From: Bryobacterales bacterium
GTDB lineage: Bacteria; Acidobacteriota; Terriglobia; Bryobacterales; UBA6623
DNA length: 64,000 nucleotides
Assembly: GCA_963422375.2 (NCBI GenBank)
Contig: OY729427.2
Coordinates: 1 to 64,000 of the forward strand
Reading direction: 5' to 3'
A program made the translations under genes and the position numbers. The notes beneath the pieces are model-generated. The model was not told where the DNA came from and did no database searches. It saw only the letters and a list, made by a program, of their open reading frames with translations. Numbering within the stretch: the stretch's first letter is position 1; each line of letters opens with the position of its first letter. Positions 9,869 through 18,562 of this stretch are shown here, piece by piece.

Positions 9869-10518
9869 GCGATCACCCACTCGGGCAGCGGCGCCCGCGG
9901 CGACAGGGACAGCGTGGTCGTGAGGTCGCCCTCGGACTCCAGGCTGACGTTGCCCGCCGACCGCACCGTGGCGGGGAACGGCCCCCGCCGCAGGGACGGC
10001 AGGAGGATCTTGTAGTCCTTGGCCGCGCCGACGGCGTCGGTCCCCTCGACCGCGGCCGCGCCGTCGGCGGAGATCGACCGGATGACCCGCTTGGCGCTGC
10101 CGATCTGCAGTACCATCCCCTCGCCGAACCGCGGCTCGGACAGGTCGGGCTTCTCGTCGCCGACCAAGGTCACCGCCCCGCTTTTGGCGGCGATCGCCGC
10201 CGTGTGCCCGTCCTTGTCGATCTCGTAGACCGTCTCCCCCCGGGTCTCGAGCTGGAAGCGCAGCGCCGTGCCGTCGAGCATGGCCTTGCGCAGGCCCTTC
10301 CAGACCGGGTGCGCCGGCTGGTAGACGGCCTGCACCTCGACCGTCGGCACCCGCGCCAGGCCGGTGCGCTTGGCCACGGTCCCGAAGGACACGATCTCCC
10401 TGTCGGGGGCCTCGCCCCCGCTCTCGCTGTAGCCCGTCACGCCGGGCACCTCGGCGAATTTCCCGCCCAGCTCGACCTCGAGCTTGGCGAACTCGCTGCC
10501 GTGTACCGTGAGTCCCAT
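9865..10518 (-). CDS. Major tail (tube) protein
   Basis: 217 aa, beta-rich (EVPGVTGYSESGGEAPDREIVSF); RBS upstream; position in operon. Confidence 0.75.
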   Translation of the reverse strand: MGLTVHGSEFAKLEVELGGKFAEVPGVTGYSESGGEAPDREIVSFGTVAKRTGLARVPTVEVQAVYQPAHPVWKGLRKAMLDGTALRFQLETRGETVYEIDKDGHTAAIAAKSGAVTLVGDEKPDLSEPRFGEGMVLQIGSAKRVIRSISADGAAAVEGTDAVGAAKDYKILLPSLRRGPFPATVRSAGNVSLESEGDLTTTLSLSPRAPLPEWVIA

Positions 10519-10548
10519 GGGTGTAACCTTTCGTCTCCGTCCCTCTCC

Positions 10549-11034
10549 CTAGGCGGCCAGGGCCCGGCGCGTCTTCGCGCCGGCCTTGCGCTCGCCCTTC
10601 ATCTCTCGCTCCACCCGCCGGAAGTTCTCGCGCAAGCCGGCGGCGAACGCCCGGAGCGGGGCGTCGCCCGCCGCTCGCGCGGCCGGCGCCAGGAACGGCC
10701 GGGCCGGCATGCGGCCCGCGCTCCGGCCGGTCTTGCGGACGACGCGCGGCCCCGTGCCGAACTCCACCAGGTGCCCGTGCGCCCCCGCGGGCCCCCGGGT
10801 GAGCACCAGGGCCGACGGCCTGTACCTGCGCCTGCCGCGCCTGGCCGCGAGCGACAGGCGCAGGCCGCCGGTACGGTCCTCGAAGGCGTCCGAGCGCCGC
10901 GCGGCGCGCCGGATCTCCTCCGCCGCCGCGGCCAGGCCGTCCCCGATCGCGACCTCGGCCAGGACGCCGGGCAGCGACTCGAGCTCCCGGATCATGGCCG
11001 CGGCGCCCGACAGGTCCACGTCGGCGGCCGTCAC
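10549..11034 (-). CDS. HK97 gp10-like tail completion protein
   Basis: RTGGLRLSL...HLVEFGT...MPARPFLAPA motif. Confidence 0.85.
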   Translation of the reverse strand: MTAADVDLSGAAAMIRELESLPGVLAEVAIGDGLAAAAEEIRRAARRSDAFEDRTGGLRLSLAARRGRRRYRPSALVLTRGPAGAHGHLVEFGTGPRVVRKTGRSAGRMPARPFLAPAARAAGDAPLRAFAAGLRENFRRVEREMKGERKAGAKTRRALAA

Positions 11035-11402
11035 AGGGCGATCTCCGCCGTCACCGACCGCTGGTAGAGTTCCAGGTCCGGGTCGTACCCGTCGACCGGG
11101 CCCGCGCAGGCGATCATGCGGCCGCCCTGCCGCAGCCGGCCGACGAAGCGGTCGGCCGCGTCCCGGGCGTCCTTCCAGCGCGCGGCCAGCGCCGTCACGC
11201 GGATCGACCGCGTCAGCCGCGCCCCGGCCCGGAAGGCCGGCGAGGGCGAGAGCGTCCCGCCCGTCGCCGCGTACACGCACGCCGCGACCGCCGGATCCGG
11301 GATCCCGGCGGACTCCGGCACGACGACCGGGTAGCATCCCAGGCCCGCCTCCCGCGCCATGCGCACCACGTGCTCCTCGGGCGGCTCGCCCGCGCGGCTC
11401 AT
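11031..11402 (-). CDS. Tail terminator-like protein
   Basis: 123 aa, C-terminal DGYDPDLELYQRSV; position in operon. Confidence 0.6.
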   Translation of the reverse strand: MSRAGEPPEEHVVRMAREAGLGCYPVVVPESAGIPDPAVAACVYAATGGTLSPSPAFRAGARLTRSIRVTALAARWKDARDAADRFVGRLRQGGRMIACAGPVDGYDPDLELYQRSVTAEIAL

Positions 11403-11722
11403 CTCCCCGCCCTCGCGGCCAGGATCTCCAGGTAGCGGCGGCGGCCGATCTCGGCCAGCCCCTCGATGGCGTGCTCGGCGCCGCGCTCGTCGCGCAGCCG
11501 CCAGTGGGGCCGCACCCCGTCCCGCCAGCGGATCACGAAGCGGGCGCGCTCCTCGCCGAACTCCACCCCGTCCCGCAGCCTCTCGCGCCCGCCGAGGTCC
11601 CGCCGGGCCGCCCAGCAGGGATGCTCGGCGGGCTCGCCCGCGACTGTCTCGCCGGTGGCGGGATCCCGCTCCGGGCGCGGCTCCAGCAGGACGACGCGCC
11701 GGTCCAGGCGGTACGGCTTCAT
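11399..11722 (-). CDS. Head closure / head-tail adaptor (SPP1 gp16-like)
   Basis: LDRRVVL...WAARRDLGGRE...FVIRWRDGV...IEGLAEIGRRRYLEI. Confidence 0.88.
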   Translation of the reverse strand: MKPYRLDRRVVLLEPRPERDPATGETVAGEPAEHPCWAARRDLGGRERLRDGVEFGEERARFVIRWRDGVRPHWRLRDERGAEHAIEGLAEIGRRRYLEILAARAGR

Positions 11723-12000
11723 CGCTCCCGGCGCTCCCGGGCCGCCCCCAGCTCCTCGATCGCCCGCAGGATCTCGGCGTGCTCCCGGCGGCGCATGCCG
11801 GTCAGCGAGACCAGCTGGTCGCAGGCCTCGCCGACCTTGGCGTGCGTCTCCGCCAGATCCCCGCAGGACCGGGACACCATCGCGTGCATCTCCGCGATCT
11901 GGCTCATCGAGCGCGTGGCGCGCTGCACGAAGAAGGCCGCGGCCACGATCAATATGACCAGGCTGACGCCGCTGTCCACGACCTGCACCCACTCGCCCAT
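11719..12000 (-). CDS. Small membrane protein with N-terminal TM helix (holin/antiholin-like)
   Basis: VSLVILIVAAAFFV followed by coiled coil; last gene of the lysis-type cassette. Confidence 0.55.
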   Translation of the reverse strand: MGEWVQVVDSGVSLVILIVAAAFFVQRATRSMSQIAEMHAMVSRSCGDLAETHAKVGEACDQLVSLTGMRRREHAEILRAIEELGAARERRER

Positions 12001-12003
12001 TCC

Positions 12004-12654
12004 TTACCTCCCGAACAGGACCGTCAGGCCCATCGACGCCCCCGGCGACCAGCCGGGACCGAATCCCTTGACCGCGCCGGCCGTCGCGCCGACGCCCCAG
12101 CGCAGCTTCCAGCGCTGCCTCCCCTCGAGCGTCCCGGCGCGGGCCTCGGCCAGCTCCCGGGCCGCCCGCTCGCGCTGCGCCAGCTCCTCGAAGCGGTCGG
12201 CCAGCTCCCGCACGGAAACGGTCTCCCGGCGCGCCGCCGCCAGGGCGTCCCGCAAGGCGGCCACCTGCCGGAACAGCGCCTCGATCTCCTCGCCGCTGAC
12301 CCGCAGGGCCTCCGGCAGATCCGCGCGGAGCAGCTCCAAGCGCTTCCGGTCGAGCGCGGCTACGGGCAGTGTCTCCCGCTCGGCCGCGGCGACCGCGGCG
12401 ACCGTTTCCGAGCCCCTCCGCTCGGCCTCGGCGCGGGCGGCCTCGGCCGCCTCGCGAGCCTCCCTCACGGCCGCGGCCCGCAAGCCCATCTCCGCCGCGT
12501 AGGCTCGCGCCTCGGCCTCGATCCGCGCCCGGCCGGCCCGCTCCCAGATGGCGAGCGCCTGCGCGGGCAGGCCCGGGGACGGCAGCAGGGCCGCCAGGCC
12601 GAAGCCCAGCCCGACGCCGGCGGCCAGCGCCCCCGCCAGGGCCCAGGCGCTCAC
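12004..12654 (-). CDS. Spanin-like protein: N-terminal TM, long coiled coil, C-terminal Gly/aromatic beta-hairpin
   Basis: MSAWALAGALAAGVGLGFGLAALL; Ala/Glu/Arg coiled coil; RWGVGATAG...PGASMGLTVLF. Confidence 0.55.
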   Translation of the reverse strand: MSAWALAGALAAGVGLGFGLAALLPSPGLPAQALAIWERAGRARIEAEARAYAAEMGLRAAAVREAREAAEAARAEAERRGSETVAAVAAAERETLPVAALDRKRLELLRADLPEALRVSGEEIEALFRQVAALRDALAAARRETVSVRELADRFEELAQRERAARELAEARAGTLEGRQRWKLRWGVGATAGAVKGFGPGWSPGASMGLTVLFGR

Positions 12655-12872
12655 GCGCCCCCCTTGCGGCGGTTCCGGGCCTCCCAGGCCTCCGCCAGCC
12701 GCTCGAGAGGCCCGCAGAGCGCCGACCAGGCCCCGGACTGCAGCGTGGCCGCCAGCCCGCCGACCGCCAGCAGCAGGCCGCAGGCGATCTCCAGCCAGCG
12801 CGCGTTCGCGAGCAATACGAGCCCCGCGAACAGCGCCGCGACAGGCACGGGGCGCGGCCGGAACGCCGTCAC
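12651..12872 (-). CDS. Small membrane protein (2 TM)
   Basis: GTG start and stop overlap both neighbours; hydrophobic. Confidence 0.55.
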   Translation of the reverse strand: MTAFRPRPVPVAALFAGLVLLANARWLEIACGLLLAVGGLAATLQSGAWSALCGPLERLAEAWEARNRRKGGA

Positions 12873-13192
12873 GACCGCTCCTCGGGCGGCGCGAACACGG
12901 GGTGCAAGCGCTCGAACTCCCGCCCGGTGAACGTCATCACCGCGCCCCGGGCGTCCCGCACGGCCATGCGCCCGACCCCGAACTCGACGATCCGGCAGTC
13001 CCGCAGGGCGGTGTGCGGCAGGCCCTCTATCTCCAGCCGCTCGATGGCCGCTCCGACGCGCACCAGGGGGTCGGACGCCAGCCGGCGGTAAGCCCGCCGC
13101 CGCCGCCCGCCCTCGACGAAGGCCGCCGCCCCGAACGCCGCCAGCGGCGACAGGAACGCCAGCGCCAGGGCCGTGCACAACGCTTCGATCAT
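12869..13192 (-). CDS. Hypothetical protein with N-terminal TM
   Basis: MIEALCTALALAFLSPLAAFGAAAF; translationally coupled to neighbours. Confidence 0.55.
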   Translation of the reverse strand: MIEALCTALALAFLSPLAAFGAAAFVEGGRRRRAYRRLASDPLVRVGAAIERLEIEGLPHTALRDCRIVEFGVGRMAVRDARGAVMTFTGREFERLHPVFAPPEERS

Positions 13193-13194
13193 GG

Positions 13195-13410
13195 TCACTC
13201 GCAGTCCCCCCGGGCGCACTGCCAGGCCAAATGCAGCGCCAGCGCGCCGCACGACACGAACACCACCGCCGGCCCGATTTGGAACGCCAGCAAGGCCATC
13301 CGCTCTATCCGCTGCCCCAGCTCGTGCACGTTCATCGCCCACAGGAACGCGAGCACGATCGAGGCGCAGCCCAGGGCCGCGAGCCCCAGCGTCTTCATCG
13401 GATTCTTCAT
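13195..13410 (-). CDS. Small 2-TM membrane protein
   Basis: 71 aa, two hydrophobic segments, RBS upstream. Confidence 0.55.
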   Translation of the reverse strand: MKNPMKTLGLAALGCASIVLAFLWAMNVHELGQRIERMALLAFQIGPAVVFVSCGALALHLAWQCARGDCE

Positions 13411-13429
13411 CGGATTCCCTTCCGGCCCG

Positions 13430-13969
13430 CTAGCGGCAGCCGCCCTCCCGGTACAGGGGCACGAGGCCCCCGACTTTCGCCGGGTAGGCGCGGTTCTCCG
13501 CGCAGGCCCAGGCGGCCCGGATGCAGTGCCGCTCGACGTGGCCCGTCCAGCGCCGCGGGTCGCAGCCCGGCTCGCGCCGGCAGCGCGACTTCTCGCGCCC
13601 GATCCAGCCCGGGCCGCCGTTGTAGGCCGCCCACGCGAACTCCCACCGGTCGCGGTCGAAGCGGTAGCGCGCCAGCAGCCGCCGCATGTAGACGATCTGG
13701 GCCCGGATCGCGCAGCCCGGGTCGGTCGGGTCCGCCCCGTCGCAGGGCGGGACCGTCAGCGGCGCGATGTCGCTCCACGTCGGCGGGGTGAACTGGGCCA
13801 GCCCGCTGGCGTAGCGCGAGCGCGCCCGCGGGCGCCACGACGACTCGCGGTGGATCTGCGCGGCCAGCTCGGCCCGCATCGCCGCCGCCCCGGCGCGGCC
13901 GAGCTCGGCCTCGAAGACCGGGGCCAGCTCGCACGGCACCGCCAGCAGGGCCGCGGCCAGCAGGAGCAT
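13430..13969 (-). CDS. Lytic transglycosylase (SLT) endolysin with hydrophobic N-terminus
   Basis: AQIHRESSW (catalytic E), GLAQFTPPT, AAYNGGPGW and ENRAYP motifs. Confidence 0.88.
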   Translation of the reverse strand: MLLLAAALLAVPCELAPVFEAELGRAGAAAMRAELAAQIHRESSWRPRARSRYASGLAQFTPPTWSDIAPLTVPPCDGADPTDPGCAIRAQIVYMRRLLARYRFDRDRWEFAWAAYNGGPGWIGREKSRCRREPGCDPRRWTGHVERHCIRAAWACAENRAYPAKVGGLVPLYREGGCR

Positions 13970-14298
13970 CAGTACGCCCCGCCCCAGCCGAAGGCCAGCA
14001 GCGTCGCCCCGTACAGCAGGCACCAGCCCACGATGTAGGCCGCCCGGGGCACGTCCTCCCCGTGCGGGCTGAACGGCGGCTCGCCGTGGATCACCCTCAA
14101 GATGTCGAACTCGGGGAAGAGCGCCCTCTTCATCCCGAGAAAGAACAGCGTGGCCCCGGCGCAGGTGAACGTCTTGCCCAGCCACGCCGCCAGGGCCCGC
14201 TCCAGCTCGCCGGGCCGCGGCCCGGCCAGCGCGTCCACCGCGCCCATGCCCGCCAGGGCCGTCGCGGCGAGCGCGAGGAAAATCAGCGCGTCTCTCAC
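13969..14298 (-). CDS. Putative holin (3 TM)
   Basis: Strong RBS AAGGAGG; three hydrophobic segments; directly upstream of the endolysin. Confidence 0.6.
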   Translation of the reverse strand: MRDALIFLALAATALAGMGAVDALAGPRPGELERALAAWLGKTFTCAGATLFFLGMKRALFPEFDILRVIHGEPPFSPHGEDVPRAAYIVGWCLLYGATLLAFGWGGAY

Positions 14299-14308
14299 GG
14301 TTCCTCCT

Positions 14309-14866
14309 TCACGCGGCAATCCGGCGGTAGGGGGCCAGCAGCGACCGCGCCGCGGCCGGCAGCCCGGGCCCCTCCCCGTCGGGATGCTCGTACAGGCTCC
14401 CCGCGATCAGCAGGACCGCCTGCAGCACGGGCGCGGGCACGTCCGCGGCCCGCGCGTAGCCCCCCCGGTAGGTCACCGCCACCGACCCCGGGGCGGGGGC
14501 CGCGGCCGGCCAGGCGCCGCCGGCCGGGGCGATCCGGCCGCGCGCCGCGTCCAGGCGGTACCCGTCCGCCGGCAGCTCGCGCTGGGCCCCGTCGGGGCCC
14601 AGGTACAGGACCGACTCCACCTCCGGCACGGGCGGCCGCGGCAGTTGCGCGGGCCGCCCTCCCGGCGGGAAGCCGTCCAGCGTCAGCCGCATCCGCCGCG
14701 CCGACAGGCCCAGCCGGGCGAAGGACTCGGCCCGGGCCGCGGCGGCCGCGGCGATCAGCCGGACCGCCTCGTCCTCGCCCTCCCCCTCGATCCGCAGGTG
14801 GGCCTTGACCGCGTCGAGGCCCAGCGGCGGGCCGCCGGGATCGTCCAGCGCTTCCAGCGTCCGCAC
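14309..14866 (-). CDS. Head-tail connector (gp6-like)
   Basis: LDAVKAHLRIEGEGED...VPAPVLQAVLLIAGSLYEH...LLAPYR. Confidence 0.9.
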   Translation of the reverse strand: MRTLEALDDPGGPPLGLDAVKAHLRIEGEGEDEAVRLIAAAAAARAESFARLGLSARRMRLTLDGFPPGGRPAQLPRPPVPEVESVLYLGPDGAQRELPADGYRLDAARGRIAPAGGAWPAAAPAPGSVAVTYRGGYARAADVPAPVLQAVLLIAGSLYEHPDGEGPGLPAAARSLLAPYRRIAA

Positions 14867-15288
14867 TAGTGGTCCGCCGCCCGGACCGAGGCCAGCACCG
14901 TCGAGTGCCGGGGCGCCGGCTCGCGGCGCGGCCCGTACTGCAGCGCCACGACGCCGTCGAGCGTCGCGTTCGCGGTCTTGCGCTTGACCACGCAGCGCAG
15001 GTAGCGCCGCTGCGCGTAGCGCACGTCGATCGTCACCAGCTTGTCGCTGCCGCCGTCCGGCACGGCCACCGCGGCCACCTCCTCCGCATCGCTCATGTCC
15101 GACTCGTCGCTGGCCACGACCTGCACGGCCGTGGCGCCGCCGTCGACGACGGTCCCGACGGCCGCCACGAACAGCGTGCCCTCGTAGTTGCTCGAGTCCA
15201 CGGCCGTGCCGTCGGCGACGTCCGTCTTGCCGGCGGCCGCCGCGTTGCTGGTCCGCATCACGCGGACCCGGTCGATCAGGGCTCTCAT
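14866..15288 (-). CDS. Capsid cement/decoration protein
   Basis: 140 aa beta-rich with RRYLRCVV, directly after the capsid gene (Bbp16-like pattern). Confidence 0.6.
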   Translation of the reverse strand: MRALIDRVRVMRTSNAAAAGKTDVADGTAVDSSNYEGTLFVAAVGTVVDGGATAVQVVASDESDMSDAEEVAAVAVPDGGSDKLVTIDVRYAQRRYLRCVVKRKTANATLDGVVALQYGPRREPAPRHSTVLASVRAADH

Positions 15289-15316
15289 GCTCCCCTCCTC
15301 TTTCCCCAGGCTGGCC

Positions 15317-16531
15317 CTAGGCCAGCTTCACGCGGGCGAAGGCTTCCGCCAGCACCGGCATGCCGTCGGTGGCCGCCCGCAGGATCAGGCCGACCTGGTT
15401 GGTCTCGGCGTACAGCTCCTCCAGTCTCTTGACCTGCAGCCGCATGTCGTCGGCGACCCAGTAGTGCCGGAAATCGCCCAGGATGCCGACCGTCTCGCCC
15501 GAGACGAACTTGCGCGGAGCGAACTCCGACTCGAAGAACGGCAGGCCGAGCAGGCGGTCCGGCTCGCCCTCGCGCACCGAGCCCGACCAGATGTAGCGCC
15601 CGTCCTTGTCCTTGATCTTGGCCAGCTTCTCGAGCGCGTCGCGATGGAAGATCCAGCGCGCCGCGCGCCGGTGCCCGCCCTTGAGGCTGAACTTCGCCCC
15701 GATCAGCCCGTCGAAGGTGATCTCGGTCGCCTTGTTGCCCTGGGCCACGTCGCGCGCGGCCGGGATGCCGTCGTCGGAGACGGCGAACACGCCCAGCGGC
15801 TGGTGCGCCCCGCTGCCGGCGAGGAAGGCCCGCTCCTGGGCCGCGGCCACCTTGTACTCGAGGCGCTGCCGCAGGATCGTCTCCACCGGCAGCACGGCCC
15901 GCCGCAGGATCTCGTTGCTCATGCGCACGCGCTTGGCCAGCGGGTGCGGGTGCAGCGAGCGCTTCCCGAAGCGGATGCCCTCGTCCTCGGAGCCCGTGCG
16001 CAGCTCGGTCGTCCAGTCCGGGTCGTCCGGGTCGCGGTCCAGCGTGGGCACGCCCAGGCTGTCGGCCCCGTTGACCTGGTAGATCGTGGCCCAGGCGCGC
16101 ATCACGACGGCGTCGTCCAGGCCCTGGATCAGGCTGGTCACGAAGCGCTCCGGGACCGTCAGGAAGCCGCCCTCGGCGGCGCTGCCCGCGGTCTGGCCGC
16201 GGAACTCGCGGGCCGCCTCGTCGTCGCGGGCCTCGCGGCCGCTGACGATCCACGCGCGGAACCCGTCCCGGACCAGCTCCTCGCGCGAGCGCCGCTCGCC
16301 GCCGCGGGCCGTCGGCGGCGGCTCCAGCGCGGCCATGTCGCGCTCGAGGTCGTCCTGCCGCCGGCGCCGCTCGATGCGGTCCTTCAGCGCCCCGGCCGCG
16401 GCCAGGGCCCGCTCGTAGGCCGCCCGCTCCTCGGCGCCGAGGTCGCGGTTCTCCTTCTCGGCGCGGTCCAGCACCGCCCTGGCGTCGGCCACGGCCTTCG
16501 CCCGCTGCTCCTGCAGCTCCCGAATCTCCAT
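15317..16531 (-). CDS. Major capsid protein, HK97 family
   Basis: N-terminal coiled-coil delta domain; GGFLTVPE, SNEIL, LLGLP, GDF..Y and EAFARVK motifs. Confidence 0.95.
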   Translation of the reverse strand: MEIRELQEQRAKAVADARAVLDRAEKENRDLGAEERAAYERALAAAGALKDRIERRRRQDDLERDMAALEPPPTARGGERRSREELVRDGFRAWIVSGREARDDEAAREFRGQTAGSAAEGGFLTVPERFVTSLIQGLDDAVVMRAWATIYQVNGADSLGVPTLDRDPDDPDWTTELRTGSEDEGIRFGKRSLHPHPLAKRVRMSNEILRRAVLPVETILRQRLEYKVAAAQERAFLAGSGAHQPLGVFAVSDDGIPAARDVAQGNKATEITFDGLIGAKFSLKGGHRRAARWIFHRDALEKLAKIKDKDGRYIWSGSVREGEPDRLLGLPFFESEFAPRKFVSGETVGILGDFRHYWVADDMRLQVKRLEELYAETNQVGLILRAATDGMPVLAEAFARVKLA

Positions 16532-16574
16532 CGGATTGCTCCTTCCGGCCCCGTCGGGGCCGTCCCGCCGGGCC

Positions 16575-17135
16575 TCAGGCCCGGGCCTCCTCCAGCTCCA
16601 GGCGGCGCCTGGCCAGCGCGCGCCGCCACGGCGCCCGCCGGGCTTCCAGCGAGCGCAGCGACACGTCCGTCTCGGCGTAGGCCGGGAACGTCACCACCGA
16701 CACCTCGTAGAGCTTGACCTTGCGGAGCGTGCGCATCGCGACGCCGCTTTCCATGCCCCACGCCTCGTCGAGCACGGCGAAGCCGACGGACATGCCGCTG
16801 ACGTCCCCGCGCCGCACCGACTCGATCAGGTCGCGGGCGTAGCCGGCGTCCGGCGGGTCGATCGTCGCCAGCAGCCCGCGCCCGTCCTCGGACAGGCGCA
16901 GCGTGCCGGCCCTGGTGCGCCCCAGCACGAGCCCCGGGTCGTGGTTCCGCAACGCCCGGATGTCGTCCCGCGCGAGCGTCTCCGCGAAGGCCCCCGCCTC
17001 GATCCGCTCGCGGAACATCCCCGCCACGTCCGCCTCGACCCCGAAGACCGCCGCGTGCCCTTCCAGGCGGGGCGGCCCGGCGCCGTCCCCGGCGCGCGCC
17101 TCCAGCCCGCTAGCCTCCAGCGCCCTGCGCTCCAT
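16575..17135 (-). CDS. Prohead protease, HK97 family
   Basis: GHAAVF, FRERIEAGAF, NHD, MSVGF, LYEVSVVTFPAY. Confidence 0.95.
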   Translation of the reverse strand: MERRALEASGLEARAGDGAGPPRLEGHAAVFGVEADVAGMFRERIEAGAFAETLARDDIRALRNHDPGLVLGRTRAGTLRLSEDGRGLLATIDPPDAGYARDLIESVRRGDVSGMSVGFAVLDEAWGMESGVAMRTLRKVKLYEVSVVTFPAYAETDVSLRSLEARRAPWRRALARRRLELEEARA

Positions 17136-18399
17136 CGCCGCCTCCCTCTTCCGCGCCCTCTTCCCGGCCGCCGGACCCGTCCAGCAGGTCCGCCATCGGC
17201 CGCATGTTCACCGGCGAGACGTACACGTCGCCTGCCGGCCCGATCGGATTGAGGCCCTCGCGGGCCCGCACGTCGTTGGGGCTCAGCCAGCCCCACTGGA
17301 TGCCCCGCGCGCTGGCCTCGGTCCGCGCCCGCACGTCGCCCCGCAGCAGCTGCGAGAAATCGAAGCGCGCCTGCAGCGAGCCGCGGCTCGAGGGCGCGAT
17401 CAGGTCGCGCTGGACGGCGTCCTCGATGCGCCGCGCCAGCGGGGCCAGCTTGTCGGTCACCCAGGCGCGGTTCTGCTGCTCCACGTTGTTCAGCGTGCTC
17501 TTCTCGAGCACCCCGATCTTGTACGGCGGGACGCGGAACAGCCGCGCGATCTCGAGGTCGGTGAAGCCGCGCAGCTCGATGTACTGCGCGTCGCCGTTGC
17601 TCATGCCGATGGCCTTGAATCGCAGGCCCGCCTCGAGCACCGCCACCCCGTGGCGCTGCTGGCCGGCGTAGGACTCCCTCCACTGCCGCTTGAATTCCTC
17701 CCGTCGCGACTCGTCCTCGAAGACCCCGTCGGTCTCGATCACCCCGGCCGGGCGCGAGTCGTTCGCGAACAGGCGCGCGCCGTACTCGCGCGCCGCCAGG
17801 GCCATGCCGACCGTCTCGCGGTGGATGCGGATCGGGGAGGAGCCCAGCAGGCCGTCGCCCTGCATCGGCCCCCTCACGTGGAAGATCTCGCCCGGCCACA
17901 GCGCGGACCGGCCGGCCTCCCCCTCCACGAGGTACAGCGGCCGCCGGCCGGGGGCCCGCTCGGACGGATCCCAGCGCACGTCCACCCGGTCGGGATGCAG
18001 CGGCTCCAGCCCGGCCGCCCGGCCGGCCCCGTCGCGCCGCACCACCGAGTAGTGGTTGCCTCTCAGCTCGAGATGCTCGACCACGCACTCCCAGAAATCG
18101 AAGGCCGTCTGCCACGCGTTGGGCGCCTCGAGCAGGACCCGGCGCAGCGGGTGCCCCAGGGCGTCCTCGCCGCGCTCGCGGCCGGCCTCGTCCCGCGCCA
18201 CCCGCCGCAGGCGGCAGGGCATCTCGGCCAGCGTCTCGGCCGTGTTGCGCACGCAGGCGTAGACCGCGGTCGCTCCCAGCGCCTCCCGCTCGTCCACCGC
18301 CCGGCCCGCGGCCGTCGCGGCGGGCGCGCCCAGCAGGGAGGCCAGGGCCGGGTCGCGGGGATGCCGCCCCGCGCGGCGCTCCGCCAGGTGGCTCAGCAT
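17110..18399 (-). CDS. Portal protein, HK97 family
   Basis: AVYACV, PNAWQT, LRGNHY, EIARLFRVPP, SPNDVRAREGLNP. Confidence 0.95.
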   Translation of the reverse strand: MLSHLAERRAGRHPRDPALASLLGAPAATAAGRAVDEREALGATAVYACVRNTAETLAEMPCRLRRVARDEAGRERGEDALGHPLRRVLLEAPNAWQTAFDFWECVVEHLELRGNHYSVVRRDGAGRAAGLEPLHPDRVDVRWDPSERAPGRRPLYLVEGEAGRSALWPGEIFHVRGPMQGDGLLGSSPIRIHRETVGMALAAREYGARLFANDSRPAGVIETDGVFEDESRREEFKRQWRESYAGQQRHGVAVLEAGLRFKAIGMSNGDAQYIELRGFTDLEIARLFRVPPYKIGVLEKSTLNNVEQQNRAWVTDKLAPLARRIEDAVQRDLIAPSSRGSLQARFDFSQLLRGDVRARTEASARGIQWGWLSPNDVRAREGLNPIGPAGDVYVSPVNMRPMADLLDGSGGREEGAEEGGGDGAQGAGG

Positions 18400-18403
18400 C
18401 GGC

Positions 18404-18562
18404 TCAGCAGCGCTCCCGCAGCCGCCAGGCGTCGAGCATCAGCAGGGCCCCCAGGCACACCAGGGCCGCCGGCGGGCTCCACGACCACAGGCCCGCGCAG
18501 GCCGTCGCCGCCCCGGCCAGCGACTCGACGGCCGCCGCCGTGCGCAGGCGCTCGCGCGTCAT
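18404..18562 (-). CDS. Small membrane protein between terL and portal
   Basis: 52 aa hydrophobic; ATGA overlap with terL stop; common arrangement in HK97-like phages. Confidence 0.6.
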   Translation of the reverse strand: MTRERLRTAAAVESLAGAATACAGLWSWSPPAALVCLGALLMLDAWRLRERC

